NCBI GenBank assembly: GCA_002434045.1 | Contig: DJJI01000003.1 | Span: forward strand, 997 to 64,996 | DNA from: Candidatus Saccharibacteria bacterium UBA6572 | GTDB taxonomy: Bacteria > Patescibacteriota > Saccharimonadia > Saccharimonadales > Saccharimonadaceae | Direction of reading: 5' to 3' | DNA: 64,000 nt | Shown: positions 25,112 through 34,654 of the stretch, in pieces | How positions within the stretch are numbered: the first letter of the stretch is position 1 | How the letters are laid out: each line of letters opens with the position of its first letter | The notes under the pieces: generated by a model | Databases searched by the model: none | Told to the model about the DNA's origin: nothing | The model's input: only the letters and a program-made list of their open reading frames with translations | Position numbers and translations under genes: made by a program

Positions 25112-25702
25112 ATGATTGACGCACTATTTGGTTCAAAGACACGAGTGAAGCTGTTACATCTGTTCCTGAATAATCCTGGTCGAGCATTTTATGTGCGCGA
25201 AATCACAAGAAAGATTGACGAACAGATTAACTCAGTCCGCCGTGAGCTCGCTAATATGCTCAGTATCGGTATTATCAAGAGTGAAAACAGCAACAATCGC
25301 CTCTATTACGAAATCAACCAAGAGTACCCTCACTTCGGCCCGCTTCACCAGATCTTTGCCGATAGCGGTGTCTCAGATGCCGTCGGCGTCGCAGATGCGA
25401 ACGACTGGACAAAGCGCCTCAAGCCACTTGGCGATATCCGTGTCGTGATTTTCGGTGGTAAGCTGGTGCACGGCAGTACTAGTGATGTCGACCTACTCAT
25501 CGCCGGTACGGTTAACAAGACGCAGCTCAAGAAGTTCATCAAGGAGCTCGAAGAGGAAGAGAACAAGGCGCTCAACTACTCAGTCATGGACTACGAGGAC
25601 TTCTACTACCGTCTCAGCATCAAAGATCGCTTCGTGACGACGCTGCTTGCAACTAAACATACTGTCATCACCGACTCCGAAGGTGTGTTGACCGACTCAT
25701 AG
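25112..25702 (+). CDS. Winged-helix (ArsR-like) DNA-binding domain fused to a nucleotidyltransferase-like domain
   Basis: N-terminal KTRVKLLHLFLNNPGRAFYVREITRKIDEQINSVRRELANM (wHTH), and C-terminal GSTSDVDLLIAG resembling the pol-beta NTase G-S...D-x-D motif. Confidence 0.55.
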   Translation: MIDALFGSKTRVKLLHLFLNNPGRAFYVREITRKIDEQINSVRRELANMLSIGIIKSENSNNRLYYEINQEYPHFGPLHQIFADSGVSDAVGVADANDWTKRLKPLGDIRVVIFGGKLVHGSTSDVDLLIAGTVNKTQLKKFIKELEEEENKALNYSVMDYEDFYYRLSIKDRFVTTLLATKHTVITDSEGVLTDS

Positions 25703-25718
25703 GAAATAGGAGAGAGAT

Positions 25719-26345
25719 ATGGATATTGAATACAAAGGCGCCAACTGCCTCACTATCAGCACTAAAAAGACAACCGTCACTATTGATCCGAAGCTATCCA
25801 ATGTCGGTCTCAAGGACCAGGCAGCTAAGAACTCTGTTGTCCTCGCTACCCAAGCTGACTTTTTGTTCGCTGGTGACGACGCTGTCGTTATCGATCGGCC
25901 GGGTGAGTACGAAGTCCGTGATGTTTCAATCACAGGCGTGAGTGCTGAGCGAATGATTGACCACGACAAGAGTCAGCAATCGACTATCTATCGCATGACG
26001 GTTGGCGATGTGACGTTTGCGGTCGTTGGTCACGTAGCCGCTCCACTCACCGAGGAGCAGCTCGAGGCACTTGGGGTTGTCGATGTTGCGATCGTACCAG
26101 TTGGCGGGAGTGGTTACACACTAGATGCTCACCAGGCTGTTGCTGTCGTGCGCCAGATTGACCCGAAGGTTGTCATTCCGACACATTACGCTGACAAGGC
26201 CGTCAAATACGAAGTCCCACAGATGGAGCTTGAGCCGTTCGTAAAAGAACTAGGTGCCCCTCAACACGAAAAGACTCCTAGGTGGAAAGTGAAGGGTGCA
26301 CTGCCAGAGATCCTGACGCTCGTTGAGTTTGAACGCACTGCCTAG
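25719..26345 (+). CDS. MBL-fold (Lactamase_B_3/UPF0173-like) protein with degenerate metal motif
   Basis: The overall pattern (ITIDP...; PVGG.YT...A......P..VIPTHY) resembles UPF0173-type MBL-fold proteins, but the HxHxDH motif is absent (ATQADF is in its place). Confidence 0.45.
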   Translation: MDIEYKGANCLTISTKKTTVTIDPKLSNVGLKDQAAKNSVVLATQADFLFAGDDAVVIDRPGEYEVRDVSITGVSAERMIDHDKSQQSTIYRMTVGDVTFAVVGHVAAPLTEEQLEALGVVDVAIVPVGGSGYTLDAHQAVAVVRQIDPKVVIPTHYADKAVKYEVPQMELEPFVKELGAPQHEKTPRWKVKGALPEILTLVEFERTA

Positions 26346-26366
26346 GTTACCTACGTAAACCGATAC

Positions 26367-26395
26367 TAAAAAACCTCCCGAGCGGGAGGTTTTTT
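26367..26395. terminator. Bidirectional rho-independent terminator
   Basis: aaaaaaa-cctccc-gagc-gggagg-tttttt, located between convergent genes. Confidence 0.85.
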
Positions 26396-26411
26396 AGTAC
26401 AGTCCGGTTAT

Positions 26412-26603
26412 CTAGAGAACACCCTTTTTCTTGAGAGTGCGAATCGCTTGGGTAGAGAGGGTCATAGTGACCTTCTGGCCGTCGACGACAAACGTCTTTT
26501 TCTGCAGGTTAGGCTTGAAGACGCGCTTGGTGCGGCGCAGCGAAAAGCTCACGTTGTTGCCGTGCATCTTGCCTTTACCGGTGAGTTCACATTGTGCTGC
26601 CAT
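26412..26603 (-). CDS. rpmB: 50S ribosomal protein L28
   Basis: MAAQCELTGKGKMHGNNVSFSLRRTKRVFKPNLQKK... is the typical bL28 sequence. Confidence 0.92.
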   Translation of the reverse strand: MAAQCELTGKGKMHGNNVSFSLRRTKRVFKPNLQKKTFVVDGQKVTMTLSTQAIRTLKKKGVL

Positions 26604-26697
26604 TAGATTTGTTCCTTTACAACCGTTCTATACTACTGTTTTTTCGCGTTCACGTCAAGAGGTAGGTGGAAGAAAATCTACGCTATACTAATAAGCG

Positions 26698-27351
26698 ATG
26701 ACGTTTGATGTTGCTTATATCGCTTTAGTGATCGCTACTGTGCTGGCGAGCATGACGCTGCACGAAGCGATGCACGCCTATACTGGCCATTGGCTAGGGG
26801 ACGACACGGCCAAAATTCACGGCAGGCTGACACTAAATCCGATCGCACATATCGATCCCTTCCTGACGTTACTGCTACCAGTAATGCTCGCAGTTCTCGG
26901 ACTCCCCATCTTTGGTGGTGCTAAACCAGTGCCGTTTAACCCGATGCGAGTACGCTACGGAGAGCTTGGGGCTGCGCTTGTCGGATTGGCTGGTCCGCTG
27001 ACGAACCTGGTGATCGCATTCTTTGCCTTCGGAATCGCAGCCATCCTTGGTATCAACGCTGGTGACTTCCTGGCGTACAGCTTCGCTGACCTGGCGTTTA
27101 CGACGGTCGTCTTCGTGAATCTCGGTTTCTTTATCTTTAACATGCTACCTATCCCACCACTCGATGGCTCACGACTCCTGTACGCAGTCGCACCAGATGG
27201 CTTCCGAAGCGTCATGGAGGTTATCGAGCGTAACGGCATCATCCTCGTCTTTGCGCTGGTTCTGCTTTTCAGCCAACAGATTGGGCAGTTTATCATTGGT
27301 GCACGCGACGTTATTTTGGCAGTTTTCTCGGTCATTTTTGGTGTCAGCTGA
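26698..27351 (+). CDS. Site-2 protease family zinc metalloprotease (peptidase M50)
   Basis: HEAMHA (HExxH) in TM1, a later NMLPIPPLDG motif, and a polytopic membrane topology. Confidence 0.8.
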   Translation: MTFDVAYIALVIATVLASMTLHEAMHAYTGHWLGDDTAKIHGRLTLNPIAHIDPFLTLLLPVMLAVLGLPIFGGAKPVPFNPMRVRYGELGAALVGLAGPLTNLVIAFFAFGIAAILGINAGDFLAYSFADLAFTTVVFVNLGFFIFNMLPIPPLDGSRLLYAVAPDGFRSVMEVIERNGIILVFALVLLFSQQIGQFIIGARDVILAVFSVIFGVS

Positions 27352-27519
27352 GCTATACTATAAGTAGCCTTCGAGACAGCACCGGGGGTAATGTTTTCCT
27401 AACATGTAGATGACAGGGAGCTTTATATGACCGACGTCCGTGGACGGCAGTTGCGAGCACCCACCTTGCGCGTACGCGGGGAACTCATCTCCCTCGGTGT
27501 CTCGGAGGTTTTCCATTTC

Positions 27520-27595
27520 CAGGGTGTGGCGCAGTTGGTAGCGCGTACGGCTGGGGGCCGTGAGGTCGCTGGTTCAAGTCCAGTCACCCTGACCA
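27520..27595 (+). tRNA. tRNA-Pro (anticodon GGG)
   Basis: cagggtg-tg-gcgc-agttggta-gcgc-g-tacgg-ctGGGgg-ccgtg-aggtc-gctgg-ttcaagt-ccagt-caccctg-a-cca. Confidence 0.88.
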
Positions 27596-27610
27596 AGAGA
27601 GTATACGTAA

Positions 27611-28219
27611 TTACCCAAAGATACGTTCGGGCGTGATCACCATCGTGACACGTCCTTCTTCGTCTCTTGATACTTCCTCGAAACCGACTTTTTTATAGAG
27701 AGGGATTGAACGGGGATTATCAGCATCTGTTTCTAAGTGGATCCCATTGAATGTAGCGATTTCGCCTGATCTAATAAGCCCCTCAACATAGTCGTGCATT
27801 GTTTCAATCATGAATGGACGGGCAAGCCCACGTCCTTCGGTGCCTTCATACATACGAATTGCAAATGTGTGGTTTGGGTCTGTAGCGGGGTTGAGGATAT
27901 CAGTACCTGTGAATGGCTGAGGTCCGTACCAGATCAGCCCTGCGAGATCACCTGACCCATCAGTAAGCGGATACGGGTTTCGTCCACCTTTGCTCGTTCT
28001 CCATGCCTCAAAACTTTCAGGACTAGCGAATCGCTCTTCGGCGTCTCTGTGGCAATACCGCCTGATATGAGACTGCTTTGATTTCTTGATTAACTGATCG
28101 ATAAGCGCCGGATTCAGTCCTCGGCCGATCATGAACCGGTCTCCGGTACCACTCTCACGAATAATACCGATCTCTGTCACAGTAAGCTCATGTTGCGAAG
28201 GTTTTTCAGGATGTGTCAT
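27611..28219 (-). CDS. GNAT family N-acetyltransferase
   Basis: C-terminal acetyl-CoA binding pattern ...GRGLARPFMIETM...ADNPRSIPLYKKVGFEEV. Confidence 0.7.
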   Translation of the reverse strand: MTHPEKPSQHELTVTEIGIIRESGTGDRFMIGRGLNPALIDQLIKKSKQSHIRRYCHRDAEERFASPESFEAWRTSKGGRNPYPLTDGSGDLAGLIWYGPQPFTGTDILNPATDPNHTFAIRMYEGTEGRGLARPFMIETMHDYVEGLIRSGEIATFNGIHLETDADNPRSIPLYKKVGFEEVSRDEEGRVTMVITPERIFG

Positions 28220-28305
28220 AGTGACAGTATGACAGGTGGAATCGTGAAAATGAACGCGAATATTGTAATTATATCGTTCTTATGCTATAATTAAGGAGTA
28301 AACCT

Positions 28306-29175
28306 ATGAAACAAAAAGTTTCCACCAGAGCAATCATCAAGCAGGACGGCAAGGTCCTGCTTTTGCGCCGTAAGGGCGGCCGACCAAGTATCCGAGGTAT
28401 GTTCGAACTCCCGGGGGGTAGGGTGCACATGAACCAACAGCCCGAGGACGCCATACGACATGCGCTCAGAATCCATGCTGGTGTGTCTGCAGAAACGGTT
28501 CAACTGTCCGATGTCTTGTCGTTTGTCGACCCAGATGATCGTGAGCTGCAATACGTCTTCGTCGTGTACGAAGCGACGCTCAAGCCGACCGACAAAACGG
28601 TTGCGCTGAGCAATGAGTATGACAAATACGTTTGGAAAAAGTTGTCAGATGCACAGCGGAATGAACTCACACAATCGACTCTGCAGATACTTGGCTTACA
28701 GGAGATACCGTACGCAACAAGTACTCCCCAAGAGGTAGATATGACGAGCGATGTCAAAAATTCTACTATTTCATCAGCGATCATCTACTCGGATGGTGGT
28801 TCCCGAGGCAACCCTGGTCCATCAGCAAGCGGTTTCGTCATTATGAACGAAACCGGCGAAGTTGTAATGGAAGGCGGTGCCTACCTAGGTGTTACGACCA
28901 ACAATGTGGCTGAATATCAGGCAGTTTATCTCGGACTTGAACGAGCACAAGAGCTCGGAGTACGAGTGGTAGACTTTCGTATGGACTCACAACTCGTTGC
29001 GAACCAGATGAACGGTATCTACAAGATAAAACACCCGGATCTTGCGATCATCAATAACCGAATCAAGGAACTCACTCAGCAGTTTGAGCGAGTTACGTTC
29101 TCGCATGTACGCCGTGAATACAACAAGTTAGCTGACGGTGTCGTCAACAAGATTCTCGATCAGCACCAAGCATAA
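28306..29175 (+). CDS. Fusion protein: Nudix-fold domain (degenerate Nudix box) + RNase HI
   Basis: The N-terminal half is ELPGGRVHMNQQPEDAIRHALRIHAGV; the Nudix box position is retained, but the RE..EE glutamates are replaced. The C-terminal half has the RNase H DEDD contexts YSDGGSRGNPGPSA, NNVAEYQAV, MDSQLV and NKLADGV. Confidence 0.8.
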   Translation: MKQKVSTRAIIKQDGKVLLLRRKGGRPSIRGMFELPGGRVHMNQQPEDAIRHALRIHAGVSAETVQLSDVLSFVDPDDRELQYVFVVYEATLKPTDKTVALSNEYDKYVWKKLSDAQRNELTQSTLQILGLQEIPYATSTPQEVDMTSDVKNSTISSAIIYSDGGSRGNPGPSASGFVIMNETGEVVMEGGAYLGVTTNNVAEYQAVYLGLERAQELGVRVVDFRMDSQLVANQMNGIYKIKHPDLAIINNRIKELTQQFERVTFSHVRREYNKLADGVVNKILDQHQA

Positions 29176-29190
29176 GGTATAATAGTTCTC

Positions 29191-29551
29191 GGCCAGATGA
29201 TTAGACGATCGCGTGCTTCACGGCACGAGGAAAGTCCGGGCAGCACAGAACAACGACAGTTGCTAACGGCAACCGGGGGTGACCCTAGGGAAAGTGCCAC
29301 AGAAACGATACCGCCAACGTATCCCTAAAGGATGCACGGTAAGGGCGAAAAGAGTGAGGTAAGAGCTCACAGCGACGTATGGTGACATGCGGAGGAGGTA
29401 AACCCTGTCGGCTGCAAGGAGATTTGCTACTGCCACCTAGTGTGGTGACTGTTCGTCAGCAAATCGCTATACCCCGCTTGAACTGATGAGCAATCATCAG
29501 TCTAGATAGATGATCGTCCACGACAGAACCCGGCTTATATGTCATCTGGCC
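29191..29551 (+). ncRNA. rnpB: RNase P RNA, bacterial type A
   Basis: P4 strands gaggaaagtccgggc (29227) and acagaacccggctta (29523), terminal pairing ggccagatga.../...tcatctggcc, a TATAAT box at 29178-29183, and a terminator directly after. Confidence 0.9.
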
Positions 29552-29554
29552 ACT

Positions 29555-29581
29555 AAAAAACTCCCATATCGGGAGTTTTTT
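29555..29581. terminator. Bidirectional rho-independent terminator
   Basis: aaaaaa-ctccc-atatc-gggag-tttttt, between rnpB (+) and rplT (-). Confidence 0.85.
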
Positions 29582-29595
29582 AGATTGTCATAGGT

Positions 29596-29937
29596 TTACT
29601 TGGCTGCTTTGACGATAGCAGCGAAGGCTGCTGGCTCACGGACTGCCATGTCGGCGAGCGTCTTGCGGTCCAGCTCGATACCAGCCTGCTTGAGGCCGTG
29701 CATCAGTTTACCGTAGGTCGTGCCGTTTTCACGAGCCGCGGCGTTGATGCGGGTAATCCACAGAGAACGCAGGTCGCGCTTTTTGTTGCGGCGATCGCGG
29801 TAGGCGTACTGCAGGGCACGGATGACCGCTTGCTTAGCAAGGCGGTAGCTACGCGTGCGGTTGTGCTGCATACCCTTGGCTTGCTTTAGTACCTTCTTGT
29901 GTTTGGCGCGCTGGGTAGTTCCTCGTTTGACTCGCAT
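29596..29937 (-). CDS. rplT: 50S ribosomal protein L20
   Basis: [22 protein letters not shown]... is the typical bL20 sequence. Confidence 0.95.
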   Translation of the reverse strand: MRVKRGTTQRAKHKKVLKQAKGMQHNRTRSYRLAKQAVIRALQYAYRDRRNKKRDLRSLWITRINAAARENGTTYGKLMHGLKQAGIELDRKTLADMAVREPAAFAAIVKAAK

Positions 29938-29939
29938 GC

Positions 29940-30134
29940 TTAGACTCCTAGAGCTCGCTTAACGTTTTTAGAAATCTTGCCAGTGATCTCGGCACTGGAA
30001 CCGATAACGCGCTTGCGACGGTTGCTCTTTTTCGCGAGCAGGTGACCACCAGATGCGCGACGACGGGTGACTTTGCCACTGGCGGTCAACTTGACACGCT
30101 TGGCCGTCCCCTTGTGGGTCTTTAGTTTAGGCAT
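29940..30134 (-). CDS. rpmI: 50S ribosomal protein L35
   Basis: [22 protein letters not shown]... is the typical bL35 sequence. Confidence 0.95.
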   Translation of the reverse strand: MPKLKTHKGTAKRVKLTASGKVTRRRASGGHLLAKKSNRRKRVIGSSAEITGKISKNVKRALGV

Positions 30135-30640
30135 TACTTACTCCTTACCGTGATGCTCAGATTGCGACCAGCCATCTGAGGCTTCTGTTCGACGATAGCG
30201 TCTTCTTCGAGCGCCGCTATAATGCGGTTCATCAGTTCGTATCCCAGCTCCTGGTGGGCCATTTCACGTCCTCGGAAGAATATTTGGATTCGTACCTTGT
30301 CGCCATCACTCAAAAAAGAACGGATCTTTTTGAGTTTGATGTCGAGGTCGTGCTGGCCAATCTTGAGACCAAGGCGCATTTGCTTGAGCTCGCTTTGCTT
30401 CGCATTCTTTCGGTTCCGCTGCTGCTCCTTCATCTTCTGGTACTGGTACTTGCCCCAGTCAATGATTTTCGCGACAGGCGGAGATGCGGCAGGAGATATC
30501 TCAACCAAATCGAGTCCGGCTTTTTCGGCCGCTGCTATAGCATCAGTACGCGACATGATACCTAACTGCTCACCGCTTTCGCCGATAACTCGCAGTTCCG
30601 AAGCACGGATAGCTTCGTTTATTCGAACTGACTTGTTAAT
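30134..30640 (-). CDS. infC: Translation initiation factor IF-3 (ATT start codon)
   Basis: The ORF track shows only the part from an internal Met. The frame stays open upstream and reads INKSVRINEAIRASELRVIGESGEQLGIMSRTD, the conserved IF-3 N-domain. It starts at ATT (30640), 9 nt after GAGGAG. A non-canonical AUU start is the classical infC feature. Confidence 0.88.
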   Translation of the reverse strand: MNKSVRINEAIRASELRVIGESGEQLGIMSRTDAIAAAEKAGLDLVEISPAASPPVAKIIDWGKYQYQKMKEQQRNRKNAKQSELKQMRLGLKIGQHDLDIKLKKIRSFLSDGDKVRIQIFFRGREMAHQELGYELMNRIIAALEEDAIVEQKPQMAGRNLSITVRSK

Positions 30641-30716
30641 ACCGAAGGACTCCTCGTCTTACAGTTTGTGTTAATACCAGGGGCCATTTTAGCAAATAAC
30701 AGAGAAAGAGGCAAGG

Positions 30717-32228
30717 CTAGTTGATATTGTCGCGCTTGCGGTACTGAAGAGCCTCTGCCATATGTGTCGGGGTTATCGTATCACTGTCTTCGAGATCGGC
30801 GATAGTACGGGCGACTTTGATGAGTTTGAAGTAGCTGCGGGCGGATAATTTCAAGCGGTCAGTGGCCTGGTTGAGCAGCACGGTTGCCTCTTGCGAGAGG
30901 TTGGTGAGGTCGGCGATATTTTTGCTCGGCAGTTCGGCGTTCGAGCGACGCTTGCCGTGACGGTCGGCTTGTCGCTGACGAGCTTTCTCGACCCGGGCGC
31001 GTACAGCAGGGCTCTCGCCGGGGCCATCGTGGGTGGCGAGCAAATCTTTTTCAGGAACGCGAGCCACGCTCAGCACCATATCGATACGGTCCATCAGCGG
31101 TCCCGAGACGCGCTTTTGGTAGTTCAATATCTGAGGGATAGCGCAGCTACACTCATGATCGGGGTCCCCGTAGTAACCGCAAGGACAGGGGTTTTTGGTA
31201 GCGACCAGCATAAAACTAGCCGGGTAGGTGATGCGGCTGGCGGCGCGCGATACATGAACCTTGCGGTCCTCGAGCGGTTGGCGGAGTGCTTCGAGAACCG
31301 ACCGTGGGTACTCAGGCAGCTCGTCGAGAAACAGAACTCCATGATGGGCTAGGCTGACTTCACCTGGAAGTGGGCGTGTACCGCCACCGATCAGGGCAAT
31401 ACTGCTCGTGGTGTGATGTGGTGATCGGAAGGGGCGAGAGGTAACAATACCGTCGACATCCTCACCAACCAAGCTGTGCAACTTGGTGATTGCAATCTGT
31501 TCAGCGTAGGTTGGCTGTGGCAATATCGACATCAGTGCACGAGCCAGCATCGTTTTTCCAGCCCCAGGCGGTCCATCCAGGAGTAGATTGTGGCCACCAG
31601 CCGCAGCGATCAGAAGTGCCCGCTTAGCCTGCTCCTGGCCTTTAATGTCAGCGATATCAACAGGGTAGGATGGTGATATTGTTGATTTTTTCGCATCGAA
31701 AGGAGGTAGGTTTTTCTCCCCAATGAGATGAAGGAATAGGTTTGCAAGTGTATCTGCACCAATAACGGTTACGCCGTCGACGAGAGCGGCTTGGTGTTGG
31801 TTAGCCTTTGGGATGATCACCGTAGTGAAACCATGTTCTCGAGCCGTCTCAACAATATTGATAACCCCTTTGATCGGACGTAGCTCACCGCTGAGCGCTA
31901 GCTCACCAGCACAGAGTATGCCTTTGACACTCTCCTGACGGAGCTGTCCCGCGACGATGAGGATAGCAAGTGCTATCGGTAGGTCAAAGTGCGAGCCATC
32001 TTTAGGTAGATCGGCCGGCGCAAGGTTTATGGTTACTTTCTGATTCGGAAAGTCGAGCATGGAGTTTTTGATAGCGCTCCGTACTCGTTCCTTAGACTCA
32101 TCGATGGCTTTGTTGCCGAGACCGACGATCGACAGTGTAGGCAGGCCCCTGGACGTATCGCACTCGATATCAATCAGGCGTCCTTCGAAGCCATAGGCCG
32201 TGGCAGATATAACCCTCGCAGTAGCCAT
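30717..32228 (-). CDS. comM: Mg-chelatase-like ATPase YifB/ComM
   Basis: N-terminal Lon-protease-like domain, Walker A GPPGAGKT, Walker B VLFLDELPE, a zinc-ribbon-like CPCGYYGDPDHECSC, and the C-terminal Mg_chelatase_C region. The start is taken at MATARV (32228). Confidence 0.9.
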   Translation of the reverse strand: MATARVISATAYGFEGRLIDIECDTSRGLPTLSIVGLGNKAIDESKERVRSAIKNSMLDFPNQKVTINLAPADLPKDGSHFDLPIALAILIVAGQLRQESVKGILCAGELALSGELRPIKGVINIVETAREHGFTTVIIPKANQHQAALVDGVTVIGADTLANLFLHLIGEKNLPPFDAKKSTISPSYPVDIADIKGQEQAKRALLIAAAGGHNLLLDGPPGAGKTMLARALMSILPQPTYAEQIAITKLHSLVGEDVDGIVTSRPFRSPHHTTSSIALIGGGTRPLPGEVSLAHHGVLFLDELPEYPRSVLEALRQPLEDRKVHVSRAASRITYPASFMLVATKNPCPCGYYGDPDHECSCAIPQILNYQKRVSGPLMDRIDMVLSVARVPEKDLLATHDGPGESPAVRARVEKARQRQADRHGKRRSNAELPSKNIADLTNLSQEATVLLNQATDRLKLSARSYFKLIKVARTIADLEDSDTITPTHMAEALQYRKRDNIN

Positions 32229-32457
32229 AACTGTTTTAGAGTATACATGGGTCTTTATTTCTGACAACGCTTTTGGTAAAATAAGGGTGTCGAACCGTAG
32301 GAATAGGCACCTGCGAGTCGGTTCGACCATCTGCGACCCTGCAGTTCTACGGCTAAAGATCGTTTAACGATGTTTAGCCGAGAGGAAGAGGGAGTGCTAT
32401 AAAACGATGCTCTGCGAGCTTGCTCGTCAGAGCGAGTCCAAGGCATCACTCTGACGA

Positions 32458-32847
32458 GGGGCTGACACAGCTTTCGACGATTGGACCTTAACAGATCATT
32501 TTGCAAGTCGATTTACTGACGCAATCAGTTATTTAACTGCAAACACATTTGCATCAGCATGGGCGAAAGTAAAGAACGCTTTCAGCGTTCCTAGCTACGC
32601 CTTTGCGCCAGCCGTAGCCTAAGTGCTCGCGGCCGCGCCTACCGTGACGTCATATAGCGGCCAGGCGTGTCATACCATATGACTTGACGTCTCCGTAGCT
32701 GTGAAGCGAATACGTGACACTTATTCATAGACCGTCCTTACTTTTTTGTCAGTTCTCTATGTAGGGCCGCACTAAAAACTGACTATGCTTGTAGAAGAAT
32801 GATCCGTTACCGATCGGACCGGGGGGCAGTACCCCGCAGCTCCACCA
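32458..32847 (+). ncRNA. ssrA: tmRNA (SsrA)
   Basis: The 5' ggggctg pairs with the 3' cagctcc-a-cca, including a G3:U pair. The T arm is cgggg-ggcagta-ccccg. The internal tag frame from GCG 32563 to TAA 32620-32622 encodes AKVKNAFSVPSYAFAPAVA*. A terminator follows. Confidence 0.85.
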
Positions 32848-32855
32848 ATGTAAGC

Positions 32856-32878
32856 GCCCGTCCTCGTGACGGGCTTTT
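32856..32878 (+). terminator. Rho-independent terminator after ssrA
   Basis: gcccgtc-ctcgt-gacgggc-tttt. Confidence 0.8.
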
Positions 32879-32901
32879 ACATAGGTCGTTATACTGGTGA
32901 T

Positions 32902-33885
32902 ATGACGAAAGCACTGAGAGGGCTGAACCTTGGCGGGTGGCTGGTAGCGGAACGCTGGATGACGCCGTCGTTGTTTGAGGGTGTCGTTGCGAGCGGGGAG
33001 GCGGCTCTGGTTCGAGAGCTGGGGGTCGAAGAGGCTAGGAGGCGTCTCACGGCTCATCGCGGTACCTTTATTACCAAGAAGGACTTCAAATGGATCGCCG
33101 AGGCTGGCTTTGATTTCGTGCGGTTGCCAGTCGGCTACTGGCTATTCGCCGAGACAGATGATTTTATTGACGGCGAGATATATCTACGCCAGGCTTTCGA
33201 TTGGGCCAAAGAACATGACCTACAGGTTATTCTCGACTTCCATGGGTTGCAAGGTTCGCAGAACGGGCAGGACCATAGCGGACAGGTGGGCAAGATAAAG
33301 TTTTACCGGCGCGGGAATCGTGGCGATGCACTGCAAACACTGGAGTATATGGCAAAAATGTATGGCCGTCACCCGGCGTTACTCGGCATTGAGATTATCA
33401 ACGAGCCGAAGGTTCGCTGGTTTTTGTGGCGACTCCTTCGCTATTATGACCGAGCAATACCCCTTATAAAGCCGAATCTGGCATCGAACGTAAAAATTAT
33501 TGTCAGTGATGCGTTCAAGCCTCTCAAAATGGCACGAGTGCTCTCACAACGGTCGTACGCACAGCATATCGTCATGGATATTCACCTATACCAAGTGTTT
33601 GGCAAACAGGAACAAAGCATGTCAGTCGACCAACACCTACGTGTTGTCCGTCATGACTGGTCCCAGCTACTCACCGAAATAGGCTCTTACATGCCGGTCA
33701 TCGTGGGCGAGTGGAGCGCGGGTCTGCCCGAAGCAGCTGACCGTGAAGGTCGAGCTGATGAGTATTTTCAGGCTCAGCACGATACCTTTTCGGCTGAGGT
33801 TTGGGCGCAGTGCTACTGGTCGTATAAAGCACCGGGTGCCGGAGTTTGGGACTACCGCTCAGGCGTCCATTCGTGGATGAAATAG
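32902..33885 (+). CDS. Glycoside hydrolase family 5 exo-1,3-beta-glucanase-like enzyme
   Basis: LRGLNLGGWLVAERWMTPSLFEG, FDFVRLPVGYW, ILDFHGLQGSQNGQDHSG, IEIINEP (acid/base Glu) and VGEWSAG (nucleophile Glu) closely follow the Exg-type GH5 pattern. There is no signal peptide. ATG 32902 was chosen because the GTG 32866 start overlaps the ssrA terminator. Confidence 0.85.
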   Translation: MTKALRGLNLGGWLVAERWMTPSLFEGVVASGEAALVRELGVEEARRRLTAHRGTFITKKDFKWIAEAGFDFVRLPVGYWLFAETDDFIDGEIYLRQAFDWAKEHDLQVILDFHGLQGSQNGQDHSGQVGKIKFYRRGNRGDALQTLEYMAKMYGRHPALLGIEIINEPKVRWFLWRLLRYYDRAIPLIKPNLASNVKIIVSDAFKPLKMARVLSQRSYAQHIVMDIHLYQVFGKQEQSMSVDQHLRVVRHDWSQLLTEIGSYMPVIVGEWSAGLPEAADREGRADEYFQAQHDTFSAEVWAQCYWSYKAPGAGVWDYRSGVHSWMK

Positions 33886-33898
33886 GGAAGTTAACACT

Positions 33899-33932
33899 AA
33901 AAAAACAGCCGTCTGCGAGTAACGGCTGTTTT
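33899..33932 (+). terminator. Rho-independent terminator
   Basis: aaaaaa-acagccgt-ctgcgagta-acggctgt-ttt. Confidence 0.85.
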
Positions 33933-34160
33933 AGAGTTTGTTTTCTTTTGGTCTTTTGGTTTTGGGTTCCTGAGTAAGTTTTGTATTCAGGAACTACCTC
34001 TAATATAATGCGCCAAAACGCTCATGTCAACAGTAATTTTGACCTTTACAAAACTGTGGAAAACTTCCCGTATTTATGGCATATATAGTGTTCGTTGTTA
34101 TTTTCGGGCGCTATGGGGTTTTATAATGACTGCAATATGTAAAAGAATCTGCAAAATGCA

Positions 34161-34652
34161 GTGAATACTATTTGGGATTACATGCAGCTGCATGATAAGC
34201 CTGAGTCTGCAGAGTGCATGATCGTGCTTGGGAGCCGTGACGATCGGGTTGCGCTACTTGCCACGGAACTTTTAACCAAACATACATATGAGCATGTGCT
34301 GATTACGGGTGGAGTTGCTCACACCCAGGATATGCTACACGCAATGTGGGGCGAGGTAGCTGAAGCAGAGCACTTTGCCAGCGTTATGCGCCAAAATGGC
34401 TACCAAGGCGAGCTACTACTGGAGAAAGAAGCTCGTAACACCGGTGAGAACGCAGCATTTTCCTATAAACTACTCGAGTCAAAGGGTATCCGACCGAGAA
34501 GTCTGCTACTGGTAACCAAGCCCTACATGGAGAGGCGGGCAAAAGCGACGTTCGAGAAGCAGTGGCCGGATCAAGGTGTGACGCTTCATGTCACGTCCCA
34601 AGCAACGTCGTTCAACGACTATTTAGCCATGAACAACCAGCTGATACAGTGA
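34161..34652 (+). CDS. DUF218/YdcF-family protein (apparently interrupted; see the 34161-34795 finding)
   Basis: CMIVLGSRDDRVA...ITGGVAHT...EARNTGENA...LLVTKPYMERRA follows the YdcF/ElyC pattern. GTG start. Confidence 0.7.
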   Translation: MNTIWDYMQLHDKPESAECMIVLGSRDDRVALLATELLTKHTYEHVLITGGVAHTQDMLHAMWGEVAEAEHFASVMRQNGYQGELLLEKEARNTGENAAFSYKLLESKGIRPRSLLLVTKPYMERRAKATFEKQWPDQGVTLHVTSQATSFNDYLAMNNQLIQ

Positions 34653-34654
34653 TC

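Noticed and set aside
27352-27519. Possible SRP (4.5S) RNA or other ncRNA upstream of tRNA-Pro (gacgtccgtggacggcag resembles the GUCC-tetraloop-GGAAGCAG region)
   Set aside because: The loop is not GNRA, the conserved AGCA/GGAA elements are not matched, and I could not build the helix 8 internal loops. The region is more likely just the tRNA promoter and leader.
27611-28219. GNAT gene 15 nt from the tRNA-Pro 3' end as a second tRNA-associated insertion
   Set aside because: No duplicated tRNA 3' segment or compositional shift is visible around it.
32255-33057. ORFs 32255-32506 (-) and 32749-33057 (-)
   Set aside because: They overlap the tmRNA gene and its flanks. The tmRNA features (G:U acceptor, T arm, tag ORF, CCA end) explain the region.
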